Positions 19,779 through 28,774 of a stretch of DNA of 64,000 nucleotides are shown here, one piece after another. The stretch covers positions 6,381-70,380 of the forward strand of contig JACOYB010000007.1 of assembly GCA_016182085.1 (NCBI GenBank). Reading direction: 5' to 3'. The DNA comes from Candidatus Magasanikiibacteriota bacterium (GTDB lineage: Bacteria > Patescibacteriota > Patescibacteriia > Magasanikbacterales > GWA2-37-8). The translations under genes and the position numbers were made by a program. Position 1 is the first letter of the stretch. Each line of letters begins with the position of its first letter. The notes under the pieces are model-generated. The model made no database searches. It was given only the letters and a program-made list of their open reading frames with translations, and was not told where the DNA came from.

Positions 19779-20291
19779 ATGAAACTTGTCAGAGATAAAA
19801 TACCGGAAATAATAAAAAAGAAAGGTGGAAAGCCGATTTTTTATGTTGCCGGCAAGCAAGAATATTGGAATAAGTTAAAAGAAAAATTATTGGAAAAAAC
19901 CAAAGAATTTTTTGCTGATGAAAACATGGAAGAAATGGCCGATATATTGGAAGTAGTAGAGGCGATGCGGTTGTATAAAAAATTTGATAAGAAAAAATTG
20001 GAAGCGATAAAAAAGAAAAAAGCCAAAGAACGAGGTGTTTTTAAGAAAAAAATTATTCTAGAAAAATCTAAATTACCTATGTTAAAACTTGGTAAATACA
20101 GGCATTATAAACAAAAAGAGTATGAAGTTATAGGCGTTGCCAGGCATAGTGAAACAATGGAAGACATGGTAATTTATAAACCCCTTTACAAAAGCGATTC
20201 CGAATTTTGGGTGCGTCCCTTGGCAATGTTTATAGAAAATGTAGAAGTAGACGGCAAAATCATGCCTCGTTTTGAATATATTGGCGAGTAA
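19779..20291 (+). CDS. MazG-like nucleotide pyrophosphohydrolase N-domain fused to a DUF1653-like C-domain
   Basis: MKLVRDKIPEII… start typical of the YpjD/MazG-like family. C-terminal KYRHYKQKEYEVIGVARHSETMEDMVIYKPLY…WVRPLAMF resembles DUF1653. Confidence 0.55.
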   Translation: MKLVRDKIPEIIKKKGGKPIFYVAGKQEYWNKLKEKLLEKTKEFFADENMEEMADILEVVEAMRLYKKFDKKKLEAIKKKKAKERGVFKKKIILEKSKLPMLKLGKYRHYKQKEYEVIGVARHSETMEDMVIYKPLYKSDSEFWVRPLAMFIENVEVDGKIMPRFEYIGE

Positions 20292-20412
20292 TTTATCCCC
20301 GTTTTGGTCTAGATTCAGGTCTTGCCAAAAAATCCTAAATCCTTTAAGATTAAGCAGATAAAAGGGGTATTATTGCCCGTTTCTTACATTACTCATTAAC
20401 ACGCGCGCTTGT

Positions 20413-22170
20413 ATGGCCGTAAAAAATAAAGTAAAAACTGTTTCACGGGAAAGTCTTAAATGGAGAGTTATTGGTATCTTGTTTTTAGCAGTTTTCTGTC
20501 TTTTAGTCGTATTTCCAGCGTACGCCAACAAAGGGATAGATTGGATGAATAAAAAAGCCAATATAGGGTTGCCGAATTTTCCGGCTGCCGGATTTAATTT
20601 AGGTCTTGATCTGCAGGGCGGCGCTCATTTGGTTTACCAGGCAAATACGGATGTAATTCCAGGAAGCGACAGAGCTAGCGCAGTGGAAGGTGTGCGCGAT
20701 GTCATAGAACGGCGTGTGCGCGGCGGACTTGGGGTAGCGGAACCGTTGGTACAGACAACCCGCGTTAATGATGATTATAGAATTATCGTGGAGTTGCCGG
20801 GTATAACCGATGTTAATCAAGCTATAAAAATGATCGGTGAAACTCCGATTTTGGAATTTAAGGAAGAAAGTGATGAACCGCTGCGACCGCTGACTGCCGA
20901 GGAAAAGAAAGAAATGGACGCCTATAACGCCCAAGCGCAAGCCAAGGCCAAGGAAGCGCAAAAGGCAATTATTGAAGGTATGGATTTTGCCGAGGCTGCG
21001 GCAAAATATTCTGAGGATGAAGCTACCAAAACCGATGGTGGTGATTTGACTTTTATTGATGATCAAGTTTTCCCCGAATTTTATAAATGGGCCGCAAGCC
21101 ATAAAGATGGAGAAGTGAGCAAGGAATTAATAAAGAGCTTTGACGGGTTAAATGTTTTAAAAAGATTATCTTCACAAACAACCACGACCGATACGGCCAG
21201 CAGCACGAAAGTTTATAATGTTGCCAGAATTTTAGTTAAAACAAAATCACCTACGGATATCGTGCCTCCGGCAGAGCAATGGAAGGCCTCTGGCTTATCC
21301 GGAAAACAATTAAAGAGAGCCGAAGTAACTCAGGACCCCCAAACCGGACAAGTGCATGTGTCTTTGCAGTTTGATGAAGAAGGCACGCAGTTGTTTGCGG
21401 ATTTAACCAAACGCAATGTAGGCAGGCCGGTAGCGATATTTTTGGATGGATCAGCTATTAGCATTCCACAGGTAAATGAACCTATTTTAACCGGTAATGC
21501 GGTGATTAGCGGCAGTTTTTCTGTACAAGAAGCTAGGCTGCTCTCTCAGCGCCTGAATTCCGGAGCTTTGCCCGTGCCGGTAGAGCTTATCAGCCAGCAA
21601 AAAGTTGATGCCACATTAGGCGCGGATTCTTTACAGAAGAGCTTTATGGCCGGTATTTACGGCCTCATAGCTGTGCTTATTTACATGGTTCTATATTACA
21701 GACTGCCTGGACTGCTGGCAGCGGTATCACTATGTATTTATGTGCTCATAAACTTAGTTCTATTTAAAACCATCAACGTTACTTTAACCTTGTCTGGAAT
21801 CGCCGGTTTTATTTTATCCATCGGTATGGCGGTAGATGCCAACGTGCTTGTCTTTGAAAGGCTTAAAGAAGAATTAAGGGAAGGAAGAAGTTTAAAATCT
21901 GCCGTAGAAGAAGCGTTTGTTAGAGCCTGGCCATCAATTCGCGACAGTAATATTACCACTTTAATAAGTTGTGTATTTATGGTTTGGATGGGCGGTTTTG
22001 TCAAAGGCTTTGCGGTAGTTTTGGCCATTGGTGTTTTGGTAAGTATGTTTTCCGCCATTGTTTTAACCCGCACAATTATGAGAGCTGTTTTGTTGCTTAT
22101 GAAAAGAGAAGAGGGGAATATCTTGTTTTTAGGCTACAAGAAAAAGGAAGAAGTAGTTGTTAATAAATAA
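20413..22170 (+). CDS. secD: Protein-export membrane protein SecD
   Basis: N-terminal TM, large periplasmic-type domain, six C-terminal TM helices. Followed directly by secF. Confidence 0.9.
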   Translation: MAVKNKVKTVSRESLKWRVIGILFLAVFCLLVVFPAYANKGIDWMNKKANIGLPNFPAAGFNLGLDLQGGAHLVYQANTDVIPGSDRASAVEGVRDVIERRVRGGLGVAEPLVQTTRVNDDYRIIVELPGITDVNQAIKMIGETPILEFKEESDEPLRPLTAEEKKEMDAYNAQAQAKAKEAQKAIIEGMDFAEAAAKYSEDEATKTDGGDLTFIDDQVFPEFYKWAASHKDGEVSKELIKSFDGLNVLKRLSSQTTTTDTASSTKVYNVARILVKTKSPTDIVPPAEQWKASGLSGKQLKRAEVTQDPQTGQVHVSLQFDEEGTQLFADLTKRNVGRPVAIFLDGSAISIPQVNEPILTGNAVISGSFSVQEARLLSQRLNSGALPVPVELISQQKVDATLGADSLQKSFMAGIYGLIAVLIYMVLYYRLPGLLAAVSLCIYVLINLVLFKTINVTLTLSGIAGFILSIGMAVDANVLVFERLKEELREGRSLKSAVEEAFVRAWPSIRDSNITTLISCVFMVWMGGFVKGFAVVLAIGVLVSMFSAIVLTRTIMRAVLLLMKREEGNILFLGYKKKEEVVVNK

Positions 22171-22175
22171 CGAAT

Positions 22176-23084
22176 ATGACTATACCATTTATAAAATATT
22201 CAAAATTCCTGTTAGTATTTAGCGCCCTGGTTACGATTACCTGCGTGGCATTTTTGGCAATGTGGGGTTTGAAACCGGGTATAGACTTCACCAGCGGATC
22301 TTTGATGGAAGTTACCTTTAATACCAGGCCAGAAAACGAAGAATTAAAACAAGTTTTTGATACTATCGGTTTAAAAAACACCTTTTTTCAAAAAACCGGA
22401 GATAAGGCTGTAATTATCAGAACCGATTTTCTTTCCGAAGAGGAACACCAGTCGGTTTTAGCAGGGCTGTCTAAAAAATTTGCTGTTGGCGATAATATTG
22501 TCCATGAAGATAGATTTGAAACTATCGGTCCGGCCATCAGCAAACAATTAAAATCCAGATCTTTATGGGCAATTATAATGGTAAATTTAGGTATTATTGG
22601 TTATGTAGCCTATGCTTTTAGAAAAGTTTCCCGGCCGGTAGCTAGTTGGAAGTATGGAGCCTTGGCCATCGTAGCGCTTTTTCATGATGTGCTTCTGGTA
22701 ATGGGTGTATTTTCCTTCCTAGGCAGATTTTATGGAATAGAGGTAGACACGGCCTTTGTGGTAGCTATTTTAACGGTGCTTGGCTATTCCGTAAATGATA
22801 CTATCGTAGTTTATGACCGTATTCGTGAAAATTTGCTTAGACATAGCGCGGATAGTTTTGCCGAGGTGGTAAATATTGGCTTAAATCAAACTTTAATGCG
22901 TTCTATTAACACCACCTTCAAGACCATGCTGCCGCTCTTCGCTTTATTCTTTTTAGGAGGATTCAGTATCCACTACTTTGCTTTGGCTTTGCTGATAGGT
23001 ATTGCCAGCGGCGCTTATTCTTCCGTGTTTATCGCCAGCCCGCTCTTGGTGGTGGTATATAAATGGCAAGAACGTCGGGCGTAA
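22176..23084 (+). CDS. secF: Protein-export membrane protein SecF
   Basis: SecF-like topology and conserved …DFTSGS… / …YDRIRE… segments. 6 nt downstream of secD. Confidence 0.9.
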   Translation: MTIPFIKYSKFLLVFSALVTITCVAFLAMWGLKPGIDFTSGSLMEVTFNTRPENEELKQVFDTIGLKNTFFQKTGDKAVIIRTDFLSEEEHQSVLAGLSKKFAVGDNIVHEDRFETIGPAISKQLKSRSLWAIIMVNLGIIGYVAYAFRKVSRPVASWKYGALAIVALFHDVLLVMGVFSFLGRFYGIEVDTAFVVAILTVLGYSVNDTIVVYDRIRENLLRHSADSFAEVVNIGLNQTLMRSINTTFKTMLPLFALFFLGGFSIHYFALALLIGIASGAYSSVFIASPLLVVVYKWQERRA

Positions 23085-23102
23085 CCCCAACTTCAATAAA
23101 CA

Positions 23103-23127
23103 AAAACCGCCATAATGGCGGTTTTTG
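23103..23127 (+). terminator. Rho-independent terminator after secDF
   Basis: aaaaaccgcc-ataat-ggcggttttt perfect stem with T-run. Confidence 0.65.
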
Positions 23128-23192
23128 TTTTAACTTAAAATATGTTATGATATGGTGAGTAAATTCTATTTAGAAATTAGTAATTTTATCGT

Positions 23193-23354
23193 ATGTCCGA
23201 TAATACGCTGCGCCATCTAGTCGCAATGTGCGCCACCATTATTTGTGCTTTGGCCTATTATAGCGGCTGGGTTTCCGGTCAGTTTGGCTGGTGGTGGACG
23301 ATTTTTGCCATGTTTATAGTATATGGCGGCATTATATCAATTCTTAAGCACTAG
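23193..23354 (+). CDS. Possible small two-helix membrane protein (53 aa; below the ORF-track size cut-off)
   Basis: ATG at 23193. Hydrophobic translation MSDNTLRHLVAMCATIICALAYYSGWVSGQFGWWWTIFAMFIVYGGIISILKH. Stop at 23352. Confidence 0.3.
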   Translation: MSDNTLRHLVAMCATIICALAYYSGWVSGQFGWWWTIFAMFIVYGGIISILKH

Positions 23355-23365
23355 TACTTCTAAGT

Positions 23366-24775
23366 ATGGGTTTAGAAGGTTTGCCATTTGGATTTACAAT
23401 TGATTTTTCTTTTTGGGGAATGATCCTGAATCTGCCTTCCTCGGAATTAACGCGGGTAGTTTTTGCTATGTTTGGTTGGGCATTTTTGGCTTTGGTGTTT
23501 TTTTTCGTTGGCGCGCATTTGTGGCTTGATCTACGCCAAGATTTAAATGTCCATCACTGGCAATGGGTCGTGCTGGCTGTAGATGTGCCGCCGGATACGG
23601 TACAAAGCCCAAAAGCGGTAGAACAGATATTTGCTCATTTAAGCGGTGCTTTGGATGAGCCAAATTTCGGACAAAAATATTGGGGCGGGGCAAAGCAACG
23701 CTGGTTTAGTTTGGAAATAATCAGTTTAGAAGGATATATTCAATTCTTGGTTTATACCGAAATCGCGCATCGTGATTTGGTGGAAGCAGCTGTTTACGCG
23801 CAGTATCCAATGGCAGAAATTACCGAAGTAGAAGATTACGTAAGTTTGATTCCTAGCAAGTTTCCAAACGAAACGCACAACATGTTTGGCATAGAATTTG
23901 GTCTGGTCGCGGCTGATCCGTATCCAATTCGCACCTACGAGGAATTTGAGCATAACATTATGCCCGATGAGCTTAAATTTAATGATCCGATGGCTTCTAT
24001 TTTGGAAAATTTTACCCGTATCGGCGCGGGCGAGAATTTATGGTTTCAAATTATCATTGAACCAACTTCAAGCAGCTGGAAAGAAAAAGGCATAAAACTC
24101 GTAAAAGAAATTATTGAAAATAAAGCGCCCCACCACGATCAGATCTTTGTGGTTAAAGCGATAAATGTTTTTGCCAGCGAACTGCTTAACGCGATCAAGG
24201 GTCCTTCCGAGGATCATAGTGGCAGTCATGAAGAACGCGAAACACCCGGCAAAGTTTCTGACCTGACTCCAAGAGGCCGAGATACGATCGCGGCCATAGA
24301 AGATAAAATATCCAAGGTTGGATTTAAATCAAAAATGCGTGTTATTTACGCGGCTAAAAAAGAGGTGTTTAATCCCGGCCGTTGTCTGGACGGATTTGTT
24401 GGTTCTATAAATCAGTTTAATTTTACCGGCCGAAATGCCTTGGTGCCGGTTGCGGCAACTAACGCTCACTATTTTTTTAAAAATGCTAAAATTATCGAAC
24501 TTAAAAATAAGTTCATTAAAGCCTATAAAAAACGCAAATTGAAAATGGGAAAAAACCCTTATGTTTTAAATACGGAAGAGCTGGCTACCTTATGGCACTT
24601 CCCGCTGCCGCTGGTTAAGACTCCGTTATTACAAAAGACCGGTGGCAAGAGAGCCGAGCCGCCTATCAACTTGCCTATTGAGGAACTTGCTGAAAGTCCG
24701 CTCAAGAGAAAGACGCCGCCGCCTCCGCCAGAGCCGCCGAAAGAAGAATCGCCGGCCGAATTGCCATACGCGTAA
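23366..24775 (+). CDS. Paralog of the N-terminal (non-ATPase) region of the TraD/VirD4-like protein at 33991-36549; membrane-anchored, Pro/Lys-rich tail
   Basis: Clear similarity to the 852-aa protein (AQYPMAEITEVEDY vs AQYPHAEITEETDY; YVLNTEELATLWHFPLP vs YMVFNTEEMASFWHLPIP) but no Walker A/B region. Confidence 0.6.
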   Translation: MGLEGLPFGFTIDFSFWGMILNLPSSELTRVVFAMFGWAFLALVFFFVGAHLWLDLRQDLNVHHWQWVVLAVDVPPDTVQSPKAVEQIFAHLSGALDEPNFGQKYWGGAKQRWFSLEIISLEGYIQFLVYTEIAHRDLVEAAVYAQYPMAEITEVEDYVSLIPSKFPNETHNMFGIEFGLVAADPYPIRTYEEFEHNIMPDELKFNDPMASILENFTRIGAGENLWFQIIIEPTSSSWKEKGIKLVKEIIENKAPHHDQIFVVKAINVFASELLNAIKGPSEDHSGSHEERETPGKVSDLTPRGRDTIAAIEDKISKVGFKSKMRVIYAAKKEVFNPGRCLDGFVGSINQFNFTGRNALVPVAATNAHYFFKNAKIIELKNKFIKAYKKRKLKMGKNPYVLNTEELATLWHFPLPLVKTPLLQKTGGKRAEPPINLPIEELAESPLKRKTPPPPPEPPKEESPAELPYA

Positions 24776-24777
24776 TA

Positions 24778-24823
24778 TTTGTTGTCATCCCGAACAATGT
24801 CATCCTGAACAAGTTTTCGGGAT
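24778..24823. repeat. Dispersed palindromic element (TGTCATCC…GAAC family, short copy 2)
   Basis: ttgttgtcatcccgaacaatgtcatcctgaacaagttttcgggatc carries the gtcatcctgaac motif and a cccgaa/ttcggg palindrome. Confidence 0.5.
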
Positions 24824-24854
24824 CTTGCTGTAGGGTAATGATAATTTGTAAGCA

Positions 24855-25373
24855 CTATAAAACCACGGGATTACTTTGTTTCGTTCGCAACGACAGTATG
24901 ATTTCCATACTTCCAACCAAAACTCCGGTATAAAACAAATCTCCAAGCAGGGTATTTTTAAAGAATGGCAAGGCTGCAATGTAGCTCTGCATCAGACCGT
25001 TTAGGTTATGTGGATACATGGTTCCAAAGGCCCATACCGCCCAGTTAGTGATGATAAAGAATAGGATGCTTGCCAGCAGTGTGCCGCCAAGGACGGTGTT
25101 AAGCTTTTTGTGTTTTTGAATTACTAAACCGATAATACCGGTAAGCGCAAAAGTAGCATATACAGATAGCATAACCGGCCAGAGATAAAAACCTAAAACA
25201 ATATCAGTTACAAACATGGTGGCCATAGGTATAAAAATGGCAAATTTTCTTGGTAAGTATATCCCCGAAAACAAAGCAATGGCCGCGATTGGCGCAAAGT
25301 TTGCCGGGTGAGGGAGTAGTCGGGTTGAGATGCCGAGAAGAATAAGAAGAAAGGCGGGAAGGTAGCGCTGCAT
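24855..25373 (-). CDS. Small polytopic membrane protein (5 TM), possible ECF-transporter S-component-like substrate carrier; last gene of the riboswitch operon
   Basis: 172 aa, five hydrophobic helices. Starts 17 nt after the upstream gene on the same strand. Confidence 0.55.
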   Translation of the reverse strand: MQRYLPAFLLILLGISTRLLPHPANFAPIAAIALFSGIYLPRKFAIFIPMATMFVTDIVLGFYLWPVMLSVYATFALTGIIGLVIQKHKKLNTVLGGTLLASILFFIITNWAVWAFGTMYPHNLNGLMQSYIAALPFFKNTLLGDLFYTGVLVGSMEIILSLRTKQSNPVVL

Positions 25374-25390
25374 ATGCGTTTATTAATTTA

Positions 25391-27631
25391 TTATTTTTTC
25401 TTCATTACATGGTTAAATCCAAGGTATAGGCCAGTAGCCCCGGCGGCAAGAAGACAAATTATTAGAAGTTTCTTTATCATCCACCTTACAGCAGATGAAT
25501 CAGAACCGGTATTTTTTTGATTTAGTTCTAAATTTTTGTCTGTATTCAAGTCTTCATTTGTAGATATAACTGTGCTCGTCTCAGCACTTATATTTTTATC
25601 TTCAGCTTGCGCCAAGCTCTTTGGTTTGGCGGAAATAGCGCGAGCGGTTTTTACCGGTTTAGCCGTGTTTTCAATTTTTATACCCAAGATTTCACCTTGA
25701 GGTTCTGAATCTGTATTAACTAGCTCAGAGGTAGTTGTGGCAGGGGTAGAGGTTGCTATGGTTGTAGTACTTATTATACTGGTAGTTTCAGCTGAAGTCG
25801 AGGTATTTGCTACAACAGGATTTGAACCCGAGCCTGTTGAAGCCGGAGCCGCGGGAACAACCGGAATGCTGGTAATAATCGGCCATGATTTTCCTAGTAG
25901 TGCCGGGACAGAGTGTTTGGTGGCAAACCAATCAATTCCGTCAGTACTCCAAGGAGATTGATAATAGCCCGAATCATTCACATTGTTTACGAGAACTGAC
26001 CATGGATTTTTATTTTGAGCATTTGTCCACCCTGTTTGACCTTCGCCAAGCGCGTTTAAGCCGTACATGGCCCAACTCGTAGTAAGCGGATCGGACGCAG
26101 TATCAAAGCCCCAGCCGCCATCGTTTAATTGAGTGGTATGCAGATAATTTTTTGCTTGCTGGAAAATTGTTTCATCTACGGCCGCGCCAAAGGTAGAAGC
26201 ATATTTAAGAGCGTTAATAGCGGCGCCGGTAACATCTTGTCCCGGCCATCCGTTCCAGGTAAATGCGCCATTTGCTTGCTGGTCGGCCTTAATCGTTGCC
26301 ACAGCTGCCTGTACAAGTTCATTTGAAGCGTCTTCGCCCGTAGCCAGAAGCGATAAGGTAATAAAAATATCGTCATTAATTCCGTTTTGACCGACAACGC
26401 CCTGGCTAAAGCATTCGTCTTTAATTTTATTTTTTAGTTCTGTAATCTGGCTGCTTGTTTTAGTAACACCGCTGGATAATAGGCCCAAGATATGTCTGGC
26501 GTATTCGGTGCATTTGTTTAAGGTATCAGTGGTAGAAGTTACAACCGCAGAGTTTAGATAATCGTATAGAGAAAAACTGGAAGTTCGGATATCATGAGCG
26601 TATATGCCATTTGCGCCAAATGACATAGCCGACCAATCCGAAGTAGACAAATCAACAATCGCGCCGTTATCTAGTTGCTTTGATTTCAAAAAGTTTAATA
26701 TTTTTTGCACCGCGTTGTTTATTTCGCTTGTGCTTACCGCCGCAGCCGGCCCGGAACCGCTCCCATTTTGCGGAGGTGTTACTGAATCTGTACTAGAAGA
26801 ATTTTCAAGTACAGTAAGGGTTATGGGATTGCTCCATTTGGTCCAATCTAAAGAAATAATTTTGGCATAATATGTACCGGTTGCGGAAAATTTAAAATCT
26901 ACGGTGCCGCTGGCGCTGGTTTGGGTTGTGGTAACCGTAATCGTTTGATCCCACCAGCCGGTTGAAGAAGGGTTGGGAATAGAAATATCTACCAAATTGT
27001 TTTCGTCAGATACCCATGATTCTGATAGATTATCAAATTGATAGCGCCAGGTTTGCAGAGTTGTGGTTGTGTCTAGCGGAAATGTGGTAGTGGAGGCGGA
27101 AATTTTCCAAGGAGTAGAGAAGTAGACGTATATACTTTCACCGCCAGTTAACCAGTATTTGTCCATGCCAGTACTTGGGTAGTTATTGTTTACCACATAA
27201 TTCCAGTTGTAGCAGGCATTTTGGGTAGAAGTTGGTGAGATATTTATACAAGCGAGATAGAAACTATCATAGCCCGCATTATACTGAGCATCTGAAATAG
27301 TAAAAGCATCGCTTTGTTGATCCGCTAAAACGAGAGCAGAAAATACTGTGTTAGTAGTAAGTTGATAATCCAAATTATTTATTGCGTCATGATGTAGGGT
27401 GCTTGTGAGTTCTATGCTGCCTGTCCAGATAATTTGATCTTCGTAACGAAGGGTTAGAGTAGAAGTAGGTAAAGACATGGCTGGAGTGCTCGTGGGCAGT
27501 TCCATTTCCGGAGTAGAAGTATTTATATCAGGAGTAGAGCTGGTTGTGTCGGCGAGCGCCGGTAAAGCCCAGAATAACGTTCCTAAAATTACTAAATATT
27601 TTAATCCTCCTAAACTGTTTTTTATTTGCAT
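25391..27631 (-). CDS. Secreted, C-terminally anchored protein with an alpha/alpha-toroid (prenyltransferase / squalene-cyclase-like repeat) domain
   Basis: Signal peptide. Repeats LDNGAIVDLSTSDWSAMS, QQANGAFTWNGWPGQDVTGAAINAL, LNDGGWGFDTASDPLTTSWAMYGL (QxxDGGW-type). Ser/Thr linker. C-terminal TM helix followed by MKKK. Confidence 0.75.
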   Translation of the reverse strand: MQIKNSLGGLKYLVILGTLFWALPALADTTSSTPDINTSTPEMELPTSTPAMSLPTSTLTLRYEDQIIWTGSIELTSTLHHDAINNLDYQLTTNTVFSALVLADQQSDAFTISDAQYNAGYDSFYLACINISPTSTQNACYNWNYVVNNNYPSTGMDKYWLTGGESIYVYFSTPWKISASTTTFPLDTTTTLQTWRYQFDNLSESWVSDENNLVDISIPNPSSTGWWDQTITVTTTQTSASGTVDFKFSATGTYYAKIISLDWTKWSNPITLTVLENSSSTDSVTPPQNGSGSGPAAAVSTSEINNAVQKILNFLKSKQLDNGAIVDLSTSDWSAMSFGANGIYAHDIRTSSFSLYDYLNSAVVTSTTDTLNKCTEYARHILGLLSSGVTKTSSQITELKNKIKDECFSQGVVGQNGINDDIFITLSLLATGEDASNELVQAAVATIKADQQANGAFTWNGWPGQDVTGAAINALKYASTFGAAVDETIFQQAKNYLHTTQLNDGGWGFDTASDPLTTSWAMYGLNALGEGQTGWTNAQNKNPWSVLVNNVNDSGYYQSPWSTDGIDWFATKHSVPALLGKSWPIITSIPVVPAAPASTGSGSNPVVANTSTSAETTSIISTTTIATSTPATTTSELVNTDSEPQGEILGIKIENTAKPVKTARAISAKPKSLAQAEDKNISAETSTVISTNEDLNTDKNLELNQKNTGSDSSAVRWMIKKLLIICLLAAGATGLYLGFNHVMKKK

Positions 27632-27636
27632 AAAAA

Positions 27637-28224
27637 TTATTTATTTTCGTACCTCCATGTGATTAAATCGTTTGGTTTAAGGGTATAATTTGAGATACCA
27701 ACCTTTGCTTCCTCGTTATTTATATAAAATGTCCAGTAGAAACCGGTAGACGGACTATTTTTCTGGCTATTGATTTCTTCTACGAAATGCCCCAGGCCGG
27801 AAAATACTTTGGTAGAAAACGAGATTTCGTTGCTTTCTCGTAATGCAACCATTGCTTCATAAGCGGTAGCGCCTGGTTTTACAGTTGGATTGTACTCCCT
27901 ATCTTCAATTTTGAATGTAACGGGTATAGTTTCGGTTGAGTTGGTTGGAGGTGGTGGGGACAAAGGGGAGGTGTTGGAGGCGGTATTTGTTCCTGCGGAG
28001 CTAGTTACAGTTTTTTCGTTACTATCGCTAGTTTTATTTTTTAGCACCGCCGGTTTTAAATCTGGTTCAGTTTGAAGGGCGGCGGCAGTGTTTGTGGGGG
28101 CAGTATATAAAGGCGGGGAGGCGTTATTATTATCTGGATTAAGGAATAAGTAGGTTGCGGCAAAAACCGAAATAAAAATCAGAAAAATTAATAGTCGGTG
28201 AAGGAGTTTGTTTGAATTGGGCAT
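27637..28224 (-). CDS. DUF4430-like secreted protein (beta-domain fold related to intrinsic factor/transcobalamin C-terminal domain), N-terminally anchored
   Basis: N-terminal TM, Pro/Thr/Ser linker, then VTFKIEDREYNPTVKPGATAYEAMVALRESNEISFSTKVFSGLGHFVEEINSQ…FYWTFYINNEEAKVGISNYTLKPNDLITWRY, as in DUF4430. Confidence 0.65.
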   Translation of the reverse strand: MPNSNKLLHRLLIFLIFISVFAATYLFLNPDNNNASPPLYTAPTNTAAALQTEPDLKPAVLKNKTSDSNEKTVTSSAGTNTASNTSPLSPPPPTNSTETIPVTFKIEDREYNPTVKPGATAYEAMVALRESNEISFSTKVFSGLGHFVEEINSQKNSPSTGFYWTFYINNEEAKVGISNYTLKPNDLITWRYENK

Positions 28225-28244
28225 ATGCAGTTTTAATTATCCGC

Positions 28245-28455
28245 GCTAACAAAAAAATCTTTGCCGAGCGGGAAAGATTCAAAAATATATGGGTTTTTGT
28301 TTCCTGCTCGGGACTAACCCCATATTTATGGGGCCTATATCTGAAGATCGGACTTCTCGCCCAGGGCGAGTTTACCGTTGCGGCACAGTGGAGGAATCAA
28401 ACCTCACTTCCACAGATATATTTTAGTTAAATTGTAAAGTTAGACTAGCACCTAA
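28245..28455 (-). promoter_or_regulatory. Probable cobalamin (AdoCbl) riboswitch with intrinsic-terminator expression platform, upstream of the DUF4430 gene
   Basis: Minus-strand RNA reads AGGUGCU…GGAAGUGAGGUUUGAUUCCUCCACUGUGCCGCAACGGUAAAC… This matches my recollection of the conserved GGUG…AAUCC / CCCGCAACUGUAA core. It is followed by hairpins and a CCGAGC…GCUCGG stem plus a U7 run. Confidence 0.5.
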
Positions 28456-28774
28456 ATTTTTGAGTGTCAAATAAAGGTGTGGATTATTGTTAATTAATAA
28501 ATTTATAGATTCGAGTTGACGGTGTTGAAGAGTGCCCGTCGAACTCTAACGACATTATTTGCCCCGTTTTTCTACAAGCTGCCGGTAGCTTGCAAATCCC
28601 TCCACAGTCTTTCGTTTTTTGCATGTTGGGCAAAAGACGATAACGCCGATGCGGCTTGTCGCCAGGTGTTGGAGTATTCCCGGACAGGAACCCTTGCCTT
28701 CCTTTGGGCTGATAATTCCACCGCAGTAGAGATCTTTTACTCTGAGCGTCATTGTACACCCCCTCTGTTATTTT

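Noticed and set aside
28212-28430. 72-aa + strand ORF and possible tRNA-like/SRP/RNase P RNA in the 28.2-28.45 kb spacer
   Set aside because: The ORF overlaps the region better explained as a minus-strand cobalamin riboswitch leader. The T-loop-like GGTTTGATTCC has no acceptor-stem partner. SRP and RNase P core motifs are absent.
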